Shown: positions 25,761 to 34,728, counted from the stretch's first letter. The stretch is DNA of 60,295 nucleotides from Bacillales bacterium UBA7476 (GCA_002477275.1 DLOU01000046.1:25046-85340), one strand, 5' to 3'. The notes: generated by a model not told the origin, from the letters alone. Translations and numbers: made by a program.

Positions 25761-25791
25761 AAAGTGTAGATAAAGTGTAGATAGTGTTGTA
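25761..25791. repeat. tandem AAAGTGTAGAT x2 plus a degenerate third unit (11-nt period)
   Basis: The sequence reads AAAGTGTAGAT AAAGTGTAGAT AGTGTTGTA, about 90 nt upstream of the AlkD-like start codon. Confidence 0.75.
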
Positions 25792-25816
25792 TTTTTTACA
25801 ATTTTTGCAATTTTTA

Positions 25817-25908
25817 GAAAAAGAAAAACTCGTGTTTTTCCTTATTTTATAAGAGTTTGCGAGTTACTTGCCACAGCATTGTTTATATTTTTTACCACTT
25901 CCACATGG
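25817..25908 (-). repeat. reference copy A: functional secA 3' end (SEC-C motif) plus its downstream flank
   Basis: The minus strand reads CPCGSGKKYKQCCGK-stop followed by AACTCG(27 nt)CGAGTT TTTC. It is the template for remnants B, C and D. Confidence 0.8.
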
Positions 25909-28359
25909 ACATGGATCATTTCTACCTACTTTTGCTACTTTTTTAGGTTTCTTTTTTGATTTACCTTCTGAGTCATCTTTATTAGTACTCATTTTTTTTG
26001 CTTGTGGTTTTCTTTCGATATTTTGTCTAATTTCTGCTTTAAGTAAGAATACTGTTGTGTCTTTATCGATATTTTGAAGCATTCTATCAAACATATCAAA
26101 ACCTTCCATAGTATATGCATGAAGTGGGTCTTCTTGGGCATATCCTCTTAGATAAATACCTTCTCTTAAATGAGACATTGTATTAATATGTTCCATCCAG
26201 TAGTTATCAATTACTTGAAGTGATATAGCTTTTTCAAATTCATTTGTAATTTCTTCTGGAAGAATTGATATTTTTTCTTCATATTCTTCTACTACTTGTT
26301 TATATATTTTATCAATTAATTGTTCTTCAGTTAATCTTTTTACAGATGATTTTTTAATATCCTTTACTAATAAATTCTCATTAGCAAACTCAACTATTTC
26401 TGTTAAATCATCATCATTTAATTCACTATCTATTACAACGTGTGATTTAATTAAATCTTCTATATGATGTCTAAATGCATTAAGTACATCTTCATGAATA
26501 GTTTCACTATCAAGAATTTTATTTCTTTTTTGATAAATTAATTCTCTTTGGCTGTTCATAACATCATCATATTCAAGAATATTTTTACGAATATCAAAGT
26601 TATTTCCTTCTACTCTTGATTGTGCTGTTGAAAGCGACTTTGTTATTACTTTACTTTGAATAGCGTTATCCCCAAATCCCATTGATTGCATCATTTGTTT
26701 GATTCTATCAGATCCAAATCTTACCATAAGATCGTCTTCCATTGAAACAAAGAATTGTGTATATCCTGGATCTCCTTGACGACCAGAACGTCCTCTTAAC
26801 TGATTATCAATACGGCGAGATTCATGTCTTTCTGTACCTACTACACAAAGTCCACCTAATTGTTTTATTTCATCAGATAATTTAATATCTGTTCCACGAC
26901 CTGCCATGTTTGTTGCAATTGTTACAGATTTATGTAAACCAATTTTTGAGATTATTTCTGCTTCACGAGCATGATTCTTAGCATTTAATATTTCATGTGG
27001 TATATGAGCCTTCTTTAGGAAGTCACTTATTAATTCACTTGTTTCAATTGCAATTGTACCAATAAGTACAGGTTGCCCTGCTTCATATTTTTCTTTAACA
27101 AATTTTACTATCGCTTTATATTTAGCTGCTTTAGTTGCATATACTAAGTCTGGTGCATCTATACGAATTACTTCTTTATTAGTTGGTATTGTAATAACAT
27201 ACATGTTATAAATATCTCTGAACTCTTCTTCTTCTGTTTTTGCAGTACCAGTCATACCAGCTAATTTTTGATACATTCTGAAGTAGTTTTGAATTGTTAT
27301 AGTAGCTAATGTCTTTGTTTCTTGATTAATAGTAACATTTTCTTTTGCTTCTATTGCTTGATGAAGTCCTTCACTATAGGCTCTTCCTTTCATCAAACGA
27401 CCAGTAAATTGATCAACAATTACTATTTCTCCATCTTGTACAACATAATCTACATCTTTAGTCATTGCATAATTTGCTCTTAATGCCTGATTAATGTAAT
27501 GTACTAGAGTTGCATTATCTATATCATACAAATTTTTAATATGGAATACTTTTTCTGCTTTTTCTGCTCCACTATCATTTAAGCTAACATTTCTTGTTTG
27601 TTCATCAAAGATATAGTCTTCTTCCTTTTTAAGACTTTTTACAAATCTATCTGCATCAATGTATAAATTTGCACTATTCATCTGTCCACCAGATATTATT
27701 AAAGGAGTACGTGCTTCATCTATTAATACAGAGTCAACCTCATCGATTATTGCATAATTTAGTGGTTTTTGTACTCTATCTTCTTTTCTTACAACCATGT
27801 TATCTCTTAAATAATCGAATCCTAACTCACTATTTGTAGAATACATGATATCACAGTTATATTGTTCTTTCTTTTCTGCTGGAGACATATCTCTTAAGTT
27901 AACACCAACTGTTAATCCTAAGAATCTATGAATTCCACCCATCCAGTTTGTATCACGTTCTGCTAGGTATTCATTGACTGTAATAATATGTACACCTTTT
28001 CCTGTTAAGGCATTTAAGTATGCAGGTAAAACACCAGTTAAAGTTTTTCCTTCACCAGTTTTCATTTCTGCTATATTACCAAAATGAATTGCACAAGCAC
28101 CTAATAACTGAACGTAGAATGGTTTTTCTCCTATTACACGGAAGCATGCCTCACGTGCTACAGCAAATGCTTCTACTAATAAATCATCTACAGTTTCACC
28201 ATCAGCAAGACGTTTTTTGAATTCTTCTGTTTTTCCTTGTAATTCTGTATCTGTTAATTTATGTGTTTCTTCATCTAAAGCTTCTATTTGATCAGCAAGT
28301 TTTTGAAATTTTTTTAATTGTTTATATTCATGATCGAATAATCTATTTAATATACTCAT
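25864..28359 (-). CDS. secA: preprotein translocase ATPase SecA
   Basis: 831 aa. It has Walker A MKTGEGKT, the DEVD box and the C-terminal zinc-binding tail CPCGSGKKYKQCCGK. Confidence 0.97.
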   Translation of the reverse strand: MSILNRLFDHEYKQLKKFQKLADQIEALDEETHKLTDTELQGKTEEFKKRLADGETVDDLLVEAFAVAREACFRVIGEKPFYVQLLGACAIHFGNIAEMKTGEGKTLTGVLPAYLNALTGKGVHIITVNEYLAERDTNWMGGIHRFLGLTVGVNLRDMSPAEKKEQYNCDIMYSTNSELGFDYLRDNMVVRKEDRVQKPLNYAIIDEVDSVLIDEARTPLIISGGQMNSANLYIDADRFVKSLKKEEDYIFDEQTRNVSLNDSGAEKAEKVFHIKNLYDIDNATLVHYINQALRANYAMTKDVDYVVQDGEIVIVDQFTGRLMKGRAYSEGLHQAIEAKENVTINQETKTLATITIQNYFRMYQKLAGMTGTAKTEEEEFRDIYNMYVITIPTNKEVIRIDAPDLVYATKAAKYKAIVKFVKEKYEAGQPVLIGTIAIETSELISDFLKKAHIPHEILNAKNHAREAEIISKIGLHKSVTIATNMAGRGTDIKLSDEIKQLGGLCVVGTERHESRRIDNQLRGRSGRQGDPGYTQFFVSMEDDLMVRFGSDRIKQMMQSMGFGDNAIQSKVITKSLSTAQSRVEGNNFDIRKNILEYDDVMNSQRELIYQKRNKILDSETIHEDVLNAFRHHIEDLIKSHVVIDSELNDDDLTEIVEFANENLLVKDIKKSSVKRLTEEQLIDKIYKQVVEEYEEKISILPEEITNEFEKAISLQVIDNYWMEHINTMSHLREGIYLRGYAQEDPLHAYTMEGFDMFDRMLQNIDKDTTVFLLKAEIRQNIERKPQAKKMSTNKDDSEGKSKKKPKKVAKVGRNDPCPCGSGKKYKQCCGK

Positions 28360-28390
28360 CTAAACATCTCCCTTAATTTATTATTTTACC

Positions 28391-28418
28391 AAAAAAAAAG
28401 CCTTTTTCATAGGCTTTT
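28391..28418 (-). terminator. stem-loop AAGCC(T)/AGGCTT with flanking A/T runs, after hpf
   Basis: The sequence reads AAAAAAAAAGCCTTTTTCATAGGCTTTTTT, between the hpf stop and the secA start. Confidence 0.6.
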
Positions 28419-28429
28419 TTATAAAACTT

Positions 28430-28951
28430 TTATGATTCTAGTACTCCGTAGCCTCCATCTTTTCTCTTATATACTACACAATACTTTTCTTTTTCACTAT
28501 CCATATACATATAGAATTCGTGTCCTAGAAGTTCCATTTGAAGTACAGCTTCTTCTTCGTTCATTGGTTTTACATCAATTTTTTTATGTTTAATTATTTT
28601 TTCTGGTTCTTCTTTCTCGTCTTCTATATCAGTTACTTTTATTTCTTTAAAAGTCTTATTATGTTTAGAAAGCTTAGTTTTATTTTTTCTAATTTGTCTT
28701 TCTAATTTATCAACAGTTTTATCTACTGCTTTGTAGAAGTCGTCTTGTGACTCTTCAGAACGTAGAATTATGGTTTTTAGTGGGATTGTAATTTCCACAA
28801 TTTGATTAATATTCTTAACTTTTACTACTACACTTGCTCTTACAGATTCGCTATCTTTTAGGTATTTATTTAATTTTCCTAACTTTTCTTCTATGTAGTC
28901 TTTCATTGCATCAGTTACTTTAATCTTATCTCCTCTGATAATAAATTCCAT
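28430..28951 (-). CDS. hpf: ribosome hibernation promoting factor, long form
   Basis: 173 aa. It has an N-terminal YfiA/HPF domain and a C-terminal dimerisation domain (KPMNEEEAVLQMELLGHEFYMY). It sits immediately upstream of secA, as in B. subtilis. Confidence 0.9.
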   Translation of the reverse strand: MEFIIRGDKIKVTDAMKDYIEEKLGKLNKYLKDSESVRASVVVKVKNINQIVEITIPLKTIILRSEESQDDFYKAVDKTVDKLERQIRKNKTKLSKHNKTFKEIKVTDIEDEKEEPEKIIKHKKIDVKPMNEEEAVLQMELLGHEFYMYMDSEKEKYCVVYKRKDGGYGVLES

Positions 28952-29004
28952 AATATCCTCCTCCTTATATATATAATACCATATTTTTTTTGGAATAAAA
29001 GTGT

Positions 29005-29376
29005 TTATTTTATTTTTTTTATGTATATTATTATACTACTAATAATAAGTCCTACTCCTACAATTAGATAAACCCAGATAAGTTTATTTGTTGTACCATA
29101 TATTTCTAGTACGCCTTGTAATATTGATCCTATTAGTAAAGTATAAATACCATTTGAATATAAACTGCTCTCTATATATCCTATCTTTTTGACTTTTAAT
29201 AAAATTACATATACAAATACTCCTAATATTAAAGGAATAAGTGGCGCTAAAATCATATATTTAGAAATGACTCCAAAACTGAAATGTTCATATATTATAC
29301 AAAATAGAAAAGTAATTATTGTTATTATAGTAAATACTTTAATTTTCTTTTTAATATCCAATGTAGACAATATCAC
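29005..29376 (-). CDS. small integral membrane protein (4 predicted helices)
   Basis: 123 aa, almost entirely hydrophobic. No motif recognised. Confidence 0.45.
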   Translation of the reverse strand: MILSTLDIKKKIKVFTIITIITFLFCIIYEHFSFGVISKYMILAPLIPLILGVFVYVILLKVKKIGYIESSLYSNGIYTLLIGSILQGVLEIYGTTNKLIWVYLIVGVGLIISSIIIYIKKIK

Positions 29377-30268
29377 TTACACTCCTTTCTGAAATATTTC
29401 TTCCACTTGTAGTCGGGTTATTAATTACTTTTCCATTAAAATACATTGTTGAAGATCCTCCACCATCTAAATTATATGCTGTCTTAATATTTAATTTTTG
29501 AGCTAATGTTGCTAGTTCATATAAAGATAAACCTTCACTTTCAGATGTTCTACCATCACTAACTATAAATACATAGTGTAAGTTGTCAATCATTCCAATT
29601 AAGGTACGAGGATTGCTTGCCATACTTTTTCCTACTTCATCATTTTTAGTTACTGATATATTATAATTTTCTATAAGTGCTGGTCCAAATGAAAGCACAT
29701 TATACGCTCCTTTCTCTAGTAAACTTTCTAGACTTACATCTTCTTCTTTTATTATTTCAAATGATCCATCTTCATATATTACTAAATCTTCTTGATTACT
29801 TCTTGCTGTATTTCTATAGATTACACCATTTCTTAATACGTAACCTCTTTCTTGAGCTCCATAAAAATCTCCATTTATTGCAAGAATTGCATTATTATTA
29901 CTTGCAATAGTACTAGTATTTTCTTTTACATTTTTACCATATGAATTTTTTGCTAAAGCTGTTTTTAGAAATGAGGCATCACTTAATGTAATATCTGCGA
30001 CATATATTTTAGTATTATATTCTTCGTATGTTTTCAATTCTATTTTTATATTATCATCTTCATAACTAGTTTCGTTTTTTGTTATTTCACCACTACTTTT
30101 AGTACTAGTTTGTGTAATACTACTACTTTTTTTAACATTTGAATAAGAATTTTCTAAAACAAATGTATCTAATAAAGTATATATAGTAAATGATGTTAAT
30201 ACTATTAAAAATCCTATATTAAACTTTCTCGTTTTTATCACTCCTAAATATATATATTTTTTGTACAA
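29351..30268 (-). CDS. phosphodiester glycosidase family protein (DUF2233/NAGPA-like), membrane-anchored
   Basis: 305 aa. It has an N-terminal TM helix, then INGDFYG, NPRTLIGM and AYNLDGGGSSTMYF. The TTG start overlaps the upstream gene by 50 nt, so the start is uncertain. Confidence 0.7.
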   Translation of the reverse strand: MYKKYIYLGVIKTRKFNIGFLIVLTSFTIYTLLDTFVLENSYSNVKKSSSITQTSTKSSGEITKNETSYEDDNIKIELKTYEEYNTKIYVADITLSDASFLKTALAKNSYGKNVKENTSTIASNNNAILAINGDFYGAQERGYVLRNGVIYRNTARSNQEDLVIYEDGSFEIIKEEDVSLESLLEKGAYNVLSFGPALIENYNISVTKNDEVGKSMASNPRTLIGMIDNLHYVFIVSDGRTSESEGLSLYELATLAQKLNIKTAYNLDGGGSSTMYFNGKVINNPTTSGRNISERSVSDIVYIGY

Positions 30269-31235
30269 TAAAACTTACAATAAAAAGTATTACTTCTGTT
30301 AATATTTTTGCTACAAATATATTAATACTTAACTTTTTAAATCCTGTTAAAATTAATGTATTTAGTATTAATATAGCTACTGCTAATAAAAAGTATTTTA
30401 CTACTGATTTATTCTTACTTTTAAAGACTAGTTTCTTATTTAAATTATAATTTACTGTTGCACTTATTATTCTTGCAAATATGTTTGATAAAATTATATT
30501 TTTTAATAATATAACAAATAATGTAAACATTAAATAATCAACTACAAAGCTTGTTATTGAAGATAGAGAAAACTTTATTATTTCCTTATAAATTTTATAA
30601 GAATCTTTTATAGTGTTAAAGTGTGATCCTTTGTTCTCATTTATATAAATCGTCTCTATTTCTACCTCCTTTATATTTATATTGTTATTATTTGCATTTA
30701 ATAACATATTCATTTCATATTCAAATCTTTCTCCATCTTGAGCTAACATATAATCCATTAGCTTATAACTAAATGCTCGTAATCCTGTTTGTGTATCATA
30801 TATATCTGCCTTTGATACTAGATTAAATACCATTCTTGTAATTCCATTTCCTAATTTACTTCTTAATGGTACACTCTTATTTCTAATTCTTTTTCCTAGT
30901 ATTAAGGTTTCTTTATTATTTTTTGAATACTCATAAAGATTATTTGCATCTTTTACTGTATGTTGACCATCACTATCTAGTGTAATAACTACATATTCTT
31001 TAAAATTATCTTTTACATAAGAAAAACCTGTTTTTAATGCGTGCCCTTTTCCTTTGTTTTCAGCATAACTAATTACTTTTGCATATTTTTTACATTCATC
31101 AAATATTTTTCTATATTTCTTACCACTCCCATCGTCTACGACTACTATATTATATTTATTTTCTTTTAATTCTTGTACAAGTGTGATTAATTTCTCATCC
31201 GGTTCATAAGCTGGTATTAATGCTATCTTTTCCAT
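30219..31235 (-). CDS. family-2 glycosyltransferase fused to a GtrA-like membrane domain
   Basis: 338 aa. The GT2 core has IPAYEPDE, VVVDDGS, TLDSDGQH and a QTGLRAF-type motif. The C-terminus has four TM helices. Confidence 0.8.
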   Translation of the reverse strand: MEKIALIPAYEPDEKLITLVQELKENKYNIVVVDDGSGKKYRKIFDECKKYAKVISYAENKGKGHALKTGFSYVKDNFKEYVVITLDSDGQHTVKDANNLYEYSKNNKETLILGKRIRNKSVPLRSKLGNGITRMVFNLVSKADIYDTQTGLRAFSYKLMDYMLAQDGERFEYEMNMLLNANNNNINIKEVEIETIYINENKGSHFNTIKDSYKIYKEIIKFSLSSITSFVVDYLMFTLFVILLKNIILSNIFARIISATVNYNLNKKLVFKSKNKSVVKYFLLAVAILILNTLILTGFKKLSINIFVAKILTEVILFIVSFIVQKIYIFRSDKNEKV

Positions 31236-31299
31236 ATTAAGCTCCTTTCTTCTTAATCACAAGTATAGCATATAATCTAAACATTAAAAAAAAATTAAA

Positions 31300-31326
31300 A
31301 AACAAAAAAACTACTAAAAAGTAGTT
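31300..31326 (-). terminator. candidate terminator after the cold-shock gene
   Basis: A 6-bp stem AACTAC/GTAGTT is followed by a long U-run on the minus strand. Confidence 0.5.
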
Positions 31327-31373
31327 CTAAAAGATCTTTTAAGGGGCTATAAACAATAGTCTATAGCAAATGG

Positions 31374-31592
31374 TTATTTAGTAGTAACCGGTTCTTTTAC
31401 AGGACAAACATGTATTGCTTGAAATCCCTTTGGTGTACTAATCAAATCATAACTTACATATTGACCTTCGCTTAATGTCTTGTAACCTTCGATTTGAATA
31501 GTACTATAATGAATGAATACATCTTCATTGTCTTTATATTCAACAAAGCCATATCCTTTTTCATTATTAAACCACTTTACGCGTCCTACCAT
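31374..31592 (-). CDS. cold-shock protein (CspA family)
   Basis: 72 aa. It has VKWFNNEKGYGFV (RNP-1) and VFIHYS (RNP-2). Confidence 0.9.
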   Translation of the reverse strand: MVGRVKWFNNEKGYGFVEYKDNEDVFIHYSTIQIEGYKTLSEGQYVSYDLISTPKGFQAIHVCPVKEPVTTK

Positions 31593-31747
31593 ACTGACAC
31601 CTCACCTTCTTTTACATCAGTTAACCAACTTTTTATTCTTGTTTGTGCGCATATCTAGTTTACCAAATTATATGTTTTTACTTATTTTCTTCCCTAAAAT
31701 GCTAGTTTAGGGGATTTTTTGGTAAATTTTTATTATATTTTTTTTAT

Positions 31748-31778
31748 TAATTACATATTGAGACTTTTCTAATTACAT
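31748..31778 (+). promoter_or_regulatory. pair of 9-bp direct repeats TAATTACAT separated by 13 nt: candidate LytTR (AgrA-like) binding site upstream of agrB
   Basis: The repeats lie at 31748-31756 and 31770-31778, about 65 nt upstream of the agrB ATG. This matches the 9-bp repeat and 12-13-bp spacer architecture of LytTR operators. Confidence 0.45.
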
Positions 31779-31841
31779 TAATTTCCTACTTCTTAGATGA
31801 TTATTTTTTGATGTTAGTATTTTTTTGATAGGGAGAATGTT

Positions 31842-32438
31842 ATGAAAGAGAAGTATTTAAATTTTACAACATCCTTTATTACAAAATATAACAATTATAA
31901 TGATGAACAAATAGAGGAAATTAGATATGGACTTGAAGGGTTATATTTAACTTTTACCAAGCTTGTTATAATTTTAATAATATCTTTAATATTACATATT
32001 ACTAAAGAATTAATTATTTTACTTGTATTATTTAATCTATTAAGATTTACTGGTTTTGGTTTTCATGCAAGAACAAGTTTAGAATGTTTAATATGTTCAA
32101 CTCTACTTTTTATTGGATTACCTTTTTTAATACTAAGTATAAATTTGAGTAAAAGCATATTATTAATTTTTGGTCTAATATCTTTAATTGTTCTCGGAAT
32201 ATATGCACCTGCCGATACTGTTAAAAGACCTCTTCCTAATAAAAAGAAAAGAATTATTAGAAAGATTTCAACAATTATTATTTCTTCAATCTATATTGTT
32301 ATGAGTTTATTAATAAAAAATTACAATATTTCTTCTTTATTTATAGTTGCTAATATGCTTGAAGCAATAATGGTTAGCCCTATTATTTATAAAATATTTA
32401 AGCAACCTTATAAGAATTACTTAAACTATAAGAAGTAG
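31842..32438 (+). CDS. agrB: AgrB-family accessory gene regulator protein (AgrD-processing membrane peptidase)
   Basis: 198 aa, polytopic. The conserved FGFHARTSLECLICS has His and Cys 7 residues apart. Confidence 0.8.
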   Translation: MKEKYLNFTTSFITKYNNYNDEQIEEIRYGLEGLYLTFTKLVIILIISLILHITKELIILLVLFNLLRFTGFGFHARTSLECLICSTLLFIGLPFLILSINLSKSILLIFGLISLIVLGIYAPADTVKRPLPNKKKRIIRKISTIIISSIYIVMSLLIKNYNISSLFIVANMLEAIMVSPIIYKIFKQPYKNYLNYKK

Positions 32439-32491
32439 GCTTTAATATTCGAAAGAATATTTTAGTAATAAAGAATAAAGGAGGTATTTTA

Positions 32492-32611
32492 ATGAAAAAA
32501 TTAGCTGGTGTTTTAGGAGCTTTAGCTTTAGCACTTACTAGTGCTGCTAGTGTGGGATGTGCATTCTTATTAGTTGATGAACCAACTGCTCCAAAAAGCT
32601 TAATAGATTAA
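32492..32611 (+). CDS. agrD: AgrD-like autoinducing peptide precursor (39 aa)
   Basis: Absent from the ORF track. RBS AAGGAGG lies 7 nt upstream. The peptide is MKKLAGVLGALALALTSAASVGCAFLLVDEPTAPKSLID: an amphipathic leader, a single Cys followed by 4-5 hydrophobic residues, then an acidic DEP..P tail. Confidence 0.75.
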   Translation: MKKLAGVLGALALALTSAASVGCAFLLVDEPTAPKSLID

Positions 32612-32617
32612 TAAAAA

Positions 32618-32639
32618 AGAAGTCATTTGGCTTCTTTTT
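32618..32639. terminator. stem-loop AGAAGTC/GGCTTCT followed by a T-run, between convergent agrD and the kinase gene
   Basis: It lies immediately after the agrD stop and overlaps the kinase stop codon. Confidence 0.55.
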
Positions 32640-33933
32640 CATTTAGGATTAATTTTTGTATGTAGTAATCATTTATTATTTGAGTTTCACTTTTTAGATA
32701 GTTAGTTTTTCTTATTTCTTTATTAGCAAGGTAAAGACCTTTGCCGTGACCTTTTCCTTTTGTTGAATATCCCTTTTTTCCAATTTTATTAAGATTAACT
32801 TTTTCTTTTTTAAATGAATTTGATATAACAAAAAACATTTCATTATTAATAGCATATATTTCTATATTTACTATTTTAATTTTTGATACTGTTGCTGCTT
32901 CTATAGCATTGTCTATGTATACACCCAATATTTTTGAAATAGTTCTATTTTGGTTTTTATTTAATTTTTTTAGATACTTATTTGAGGTTTTACTAACATC
33001 CAAAATTAATTCTACTTTTTTGTTTTTTGATGTAATTATTTTATAATAAAGTAAACCTTTAAGGCCTCCTTTTGGAATATTATTTAATTGAGAAATAATA
33101 TCTTTGTCTTCGATATTAATATCTTCAATTATATTGTTAATATAATTTAACGATTCTTCGGTATTATTATTTTCAATATATCCTTTTAAAACAGCTATTT
33201 GATTTTTATATTCATGATTTATAAATGATAGTTTATCTATATTATCTTCAATTTCATTTAGAAACTCAAATAATCCTTCATATTTATTAAATAAATTATT
33301 ATAATCTGTTCTATCTTTTATAAAAATAAATATTGTTATAAAATAACTAATTGCTATTATTACATTTATAAAAAATTTTGCACTCCAATTATAGTTTATA
33401 CTTATGTTATAAAGTAAAAAGAGCATTATAACTAAATATAATCCTAATAAAACTATTGATGAAAACTTACTTCTTTCATTTAAATTTGGTACTATACTTC
33501 GTATTTTTTTATTAATTATAGGTATATTAATTGTTATTATTGAAATAATAAATACCGTTATATTACATAGTAAAATAAAGTACCATACACCTCTCATTTG
33601 ATTTACAGTTATAAATAAGCTAAATATTAAACTAGAAAATAAATCAACTGCTGTTAATACTCCTATTGTTAAAATTGCACCCACAACTGTTTTAAACATA
33701 GTTTCTTTATAAGAAAATTTTAATACTATAATTGAAAGTATAACTTTTAGCATATTGCTTTCTGTCTTATATGTTACTTCATATAAAAAATAAGTTATTG
33801 TTCCAATTAATAAAATTGTAATTATATCTTTAATTCCACCAAATTTAGGATTATTAAAAATTACTTTTGATATTTTAAAGATTGTAAATCCGCATATCAT
33901 GCATCCTATAAAAATTGCTATTTCAGTTGACAA
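32623..33933 (-). CDS. AgrC/ComD-type (HPK10) sensor histidine kinase
   Basis: 436 aa. It has an N-terminal 6-7 TM sensor, an HEYKNQ H-box and a GKGHGKGLY G-box. It overlaps the LytTR regulator gene by 11 nt. Confidence 0.8.
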   Translation of the reverse strand: MSTEIAIFIGCMICGFTIFKISKVIFNNPKFGGIKDIITILLIGTITYFLYEVTYKTESNMLKVILSIIVLKFSYKETMFKTVVGAILTIGVLTAVDLFSSLIFSLFITVNQMRGVWYFILLCNITVFIISIITINIPIINKKIRSIVPNLNERSKFSSIVLLGLYLVIMLFLLYNISINYNWSAKFFINVIIAISYFITIFIFIKDRTDYNNLFNKYEGLFEFLNEIEDNIDKLSFINHEYKNQIAVLKGYIENNNTEESLNYINNIIEDINIEDKDIISQLNNIPKGGLKGLLYYKIITSKNKKVELILDVSKTSNKYLKKLNKNQNRTISKILGVYIDNAIEAATVSKIKIVNIEIYAINNEMFFVISNSFKKEKVNLNKIGKKGYSTKGKGHGKGLYLANKEIRKTNYLKSETQIINDYYIQKLILNEKEAK

Positions 33934-34645
33934 TCTGCATCAGCTCCTTCTTTTTGCCTCTTGCTACTTGGTTAGTTGTTGAGCCATCTATAAAACTAAG
34001 GATGTTAGTTTTTGAATCAAAGGAAGATATTTTATCTTTGTTAACTATTAAACTTCTATGTGTTTTTATAAATCTTTCATCTAATTTATCTAATAAATCA
34101 TTTAATGTCCCTGGAATATAATTTGTTCCATATGTTGTTTTAATAATACATCTTTTACTATCTTGTTCTTTTTCTATGCAAATAATATTTCTAAACTCTA
34201 TTTTATGGAGGATATGGTTATACTCGTAACTTAAGCTTTTATGTCTTTGATTGTAATTCTTTAATGCTTTTGTTATATTATCTCTTACCATTTCTTCACA
34301 ATTATCTAACTTATTAATAAAATCTAACAAATATAATCTATTGCCTAATGCTTCAAATTTAAATTCTGAATGCGAGGTGACCATAATAATAATTGATGCC
34401 CAGTCATTATATTTTTCTCTTATAATTCTTGCTGCATCTAGTCCTGAGCCATTACTAGTTTTTATATCTAAGAAATATATTTTGAATCCTATATCCTTAT
34501 TAACGAACTTTTCAAAATCATTTCCATAACCATCAAAGTGAAAAATCTTGTATTCAAATTCATAATTTAACATATAATTATCTATTGTTCTTTTCATTAA
34601 CTTTGAAAATGTCTTATTATCATCACAAACTACAAAATTTATCAT
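33923..34645 (-). CDS. LytTR-family response regulator (AgrA-like)
   Basis: The receiver domain has VVCDDN and YFLDIKT. The C-terminal LytTR domain has FIKTHRSLIVNKDKI. The ATG at 34645 (MINFVV) lies behind AGGATGGG. The track start is 34663. Confidence 0.85.
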   Translation of the reverse strand: MINFVVCDDNKTFSKLMKRTIDNYMLNYEFEYKIFHFDGYGNDFEKFVNKDIGFKIYFLDIKTSNGSGLDAARIIREKYNDWASIIIMVTSHSEFKFEALGNRLYLLDFINKLDNCEEMVRDNITKALKNYNQRHKSLSYEYNHILHKIEFRNIICIEKEQDSKRCIIKTTYGTNYIPGTLNDLLDKLDERFIKTHRSLIVNKDKISSFDSKTNILSFIDGSTTNQVARGKKKELMQIVN

Positions 34646-34728
34646 TTTATCCCATCCTAACATACATTATAGATTTTACCATAATTTTCCAATTTTAGGA
34701 TAATAAATTAACAAAAAGACAACTATTT

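Noticed and set aside
21896-25908. Integron or CALIN-type cassette array
   Set aside because: No IntI-like gene is present, and the repeats are coding-sequence remnants rather than imperfect palindromic attC sites. I kept the region as a finding but did not call it an integron.
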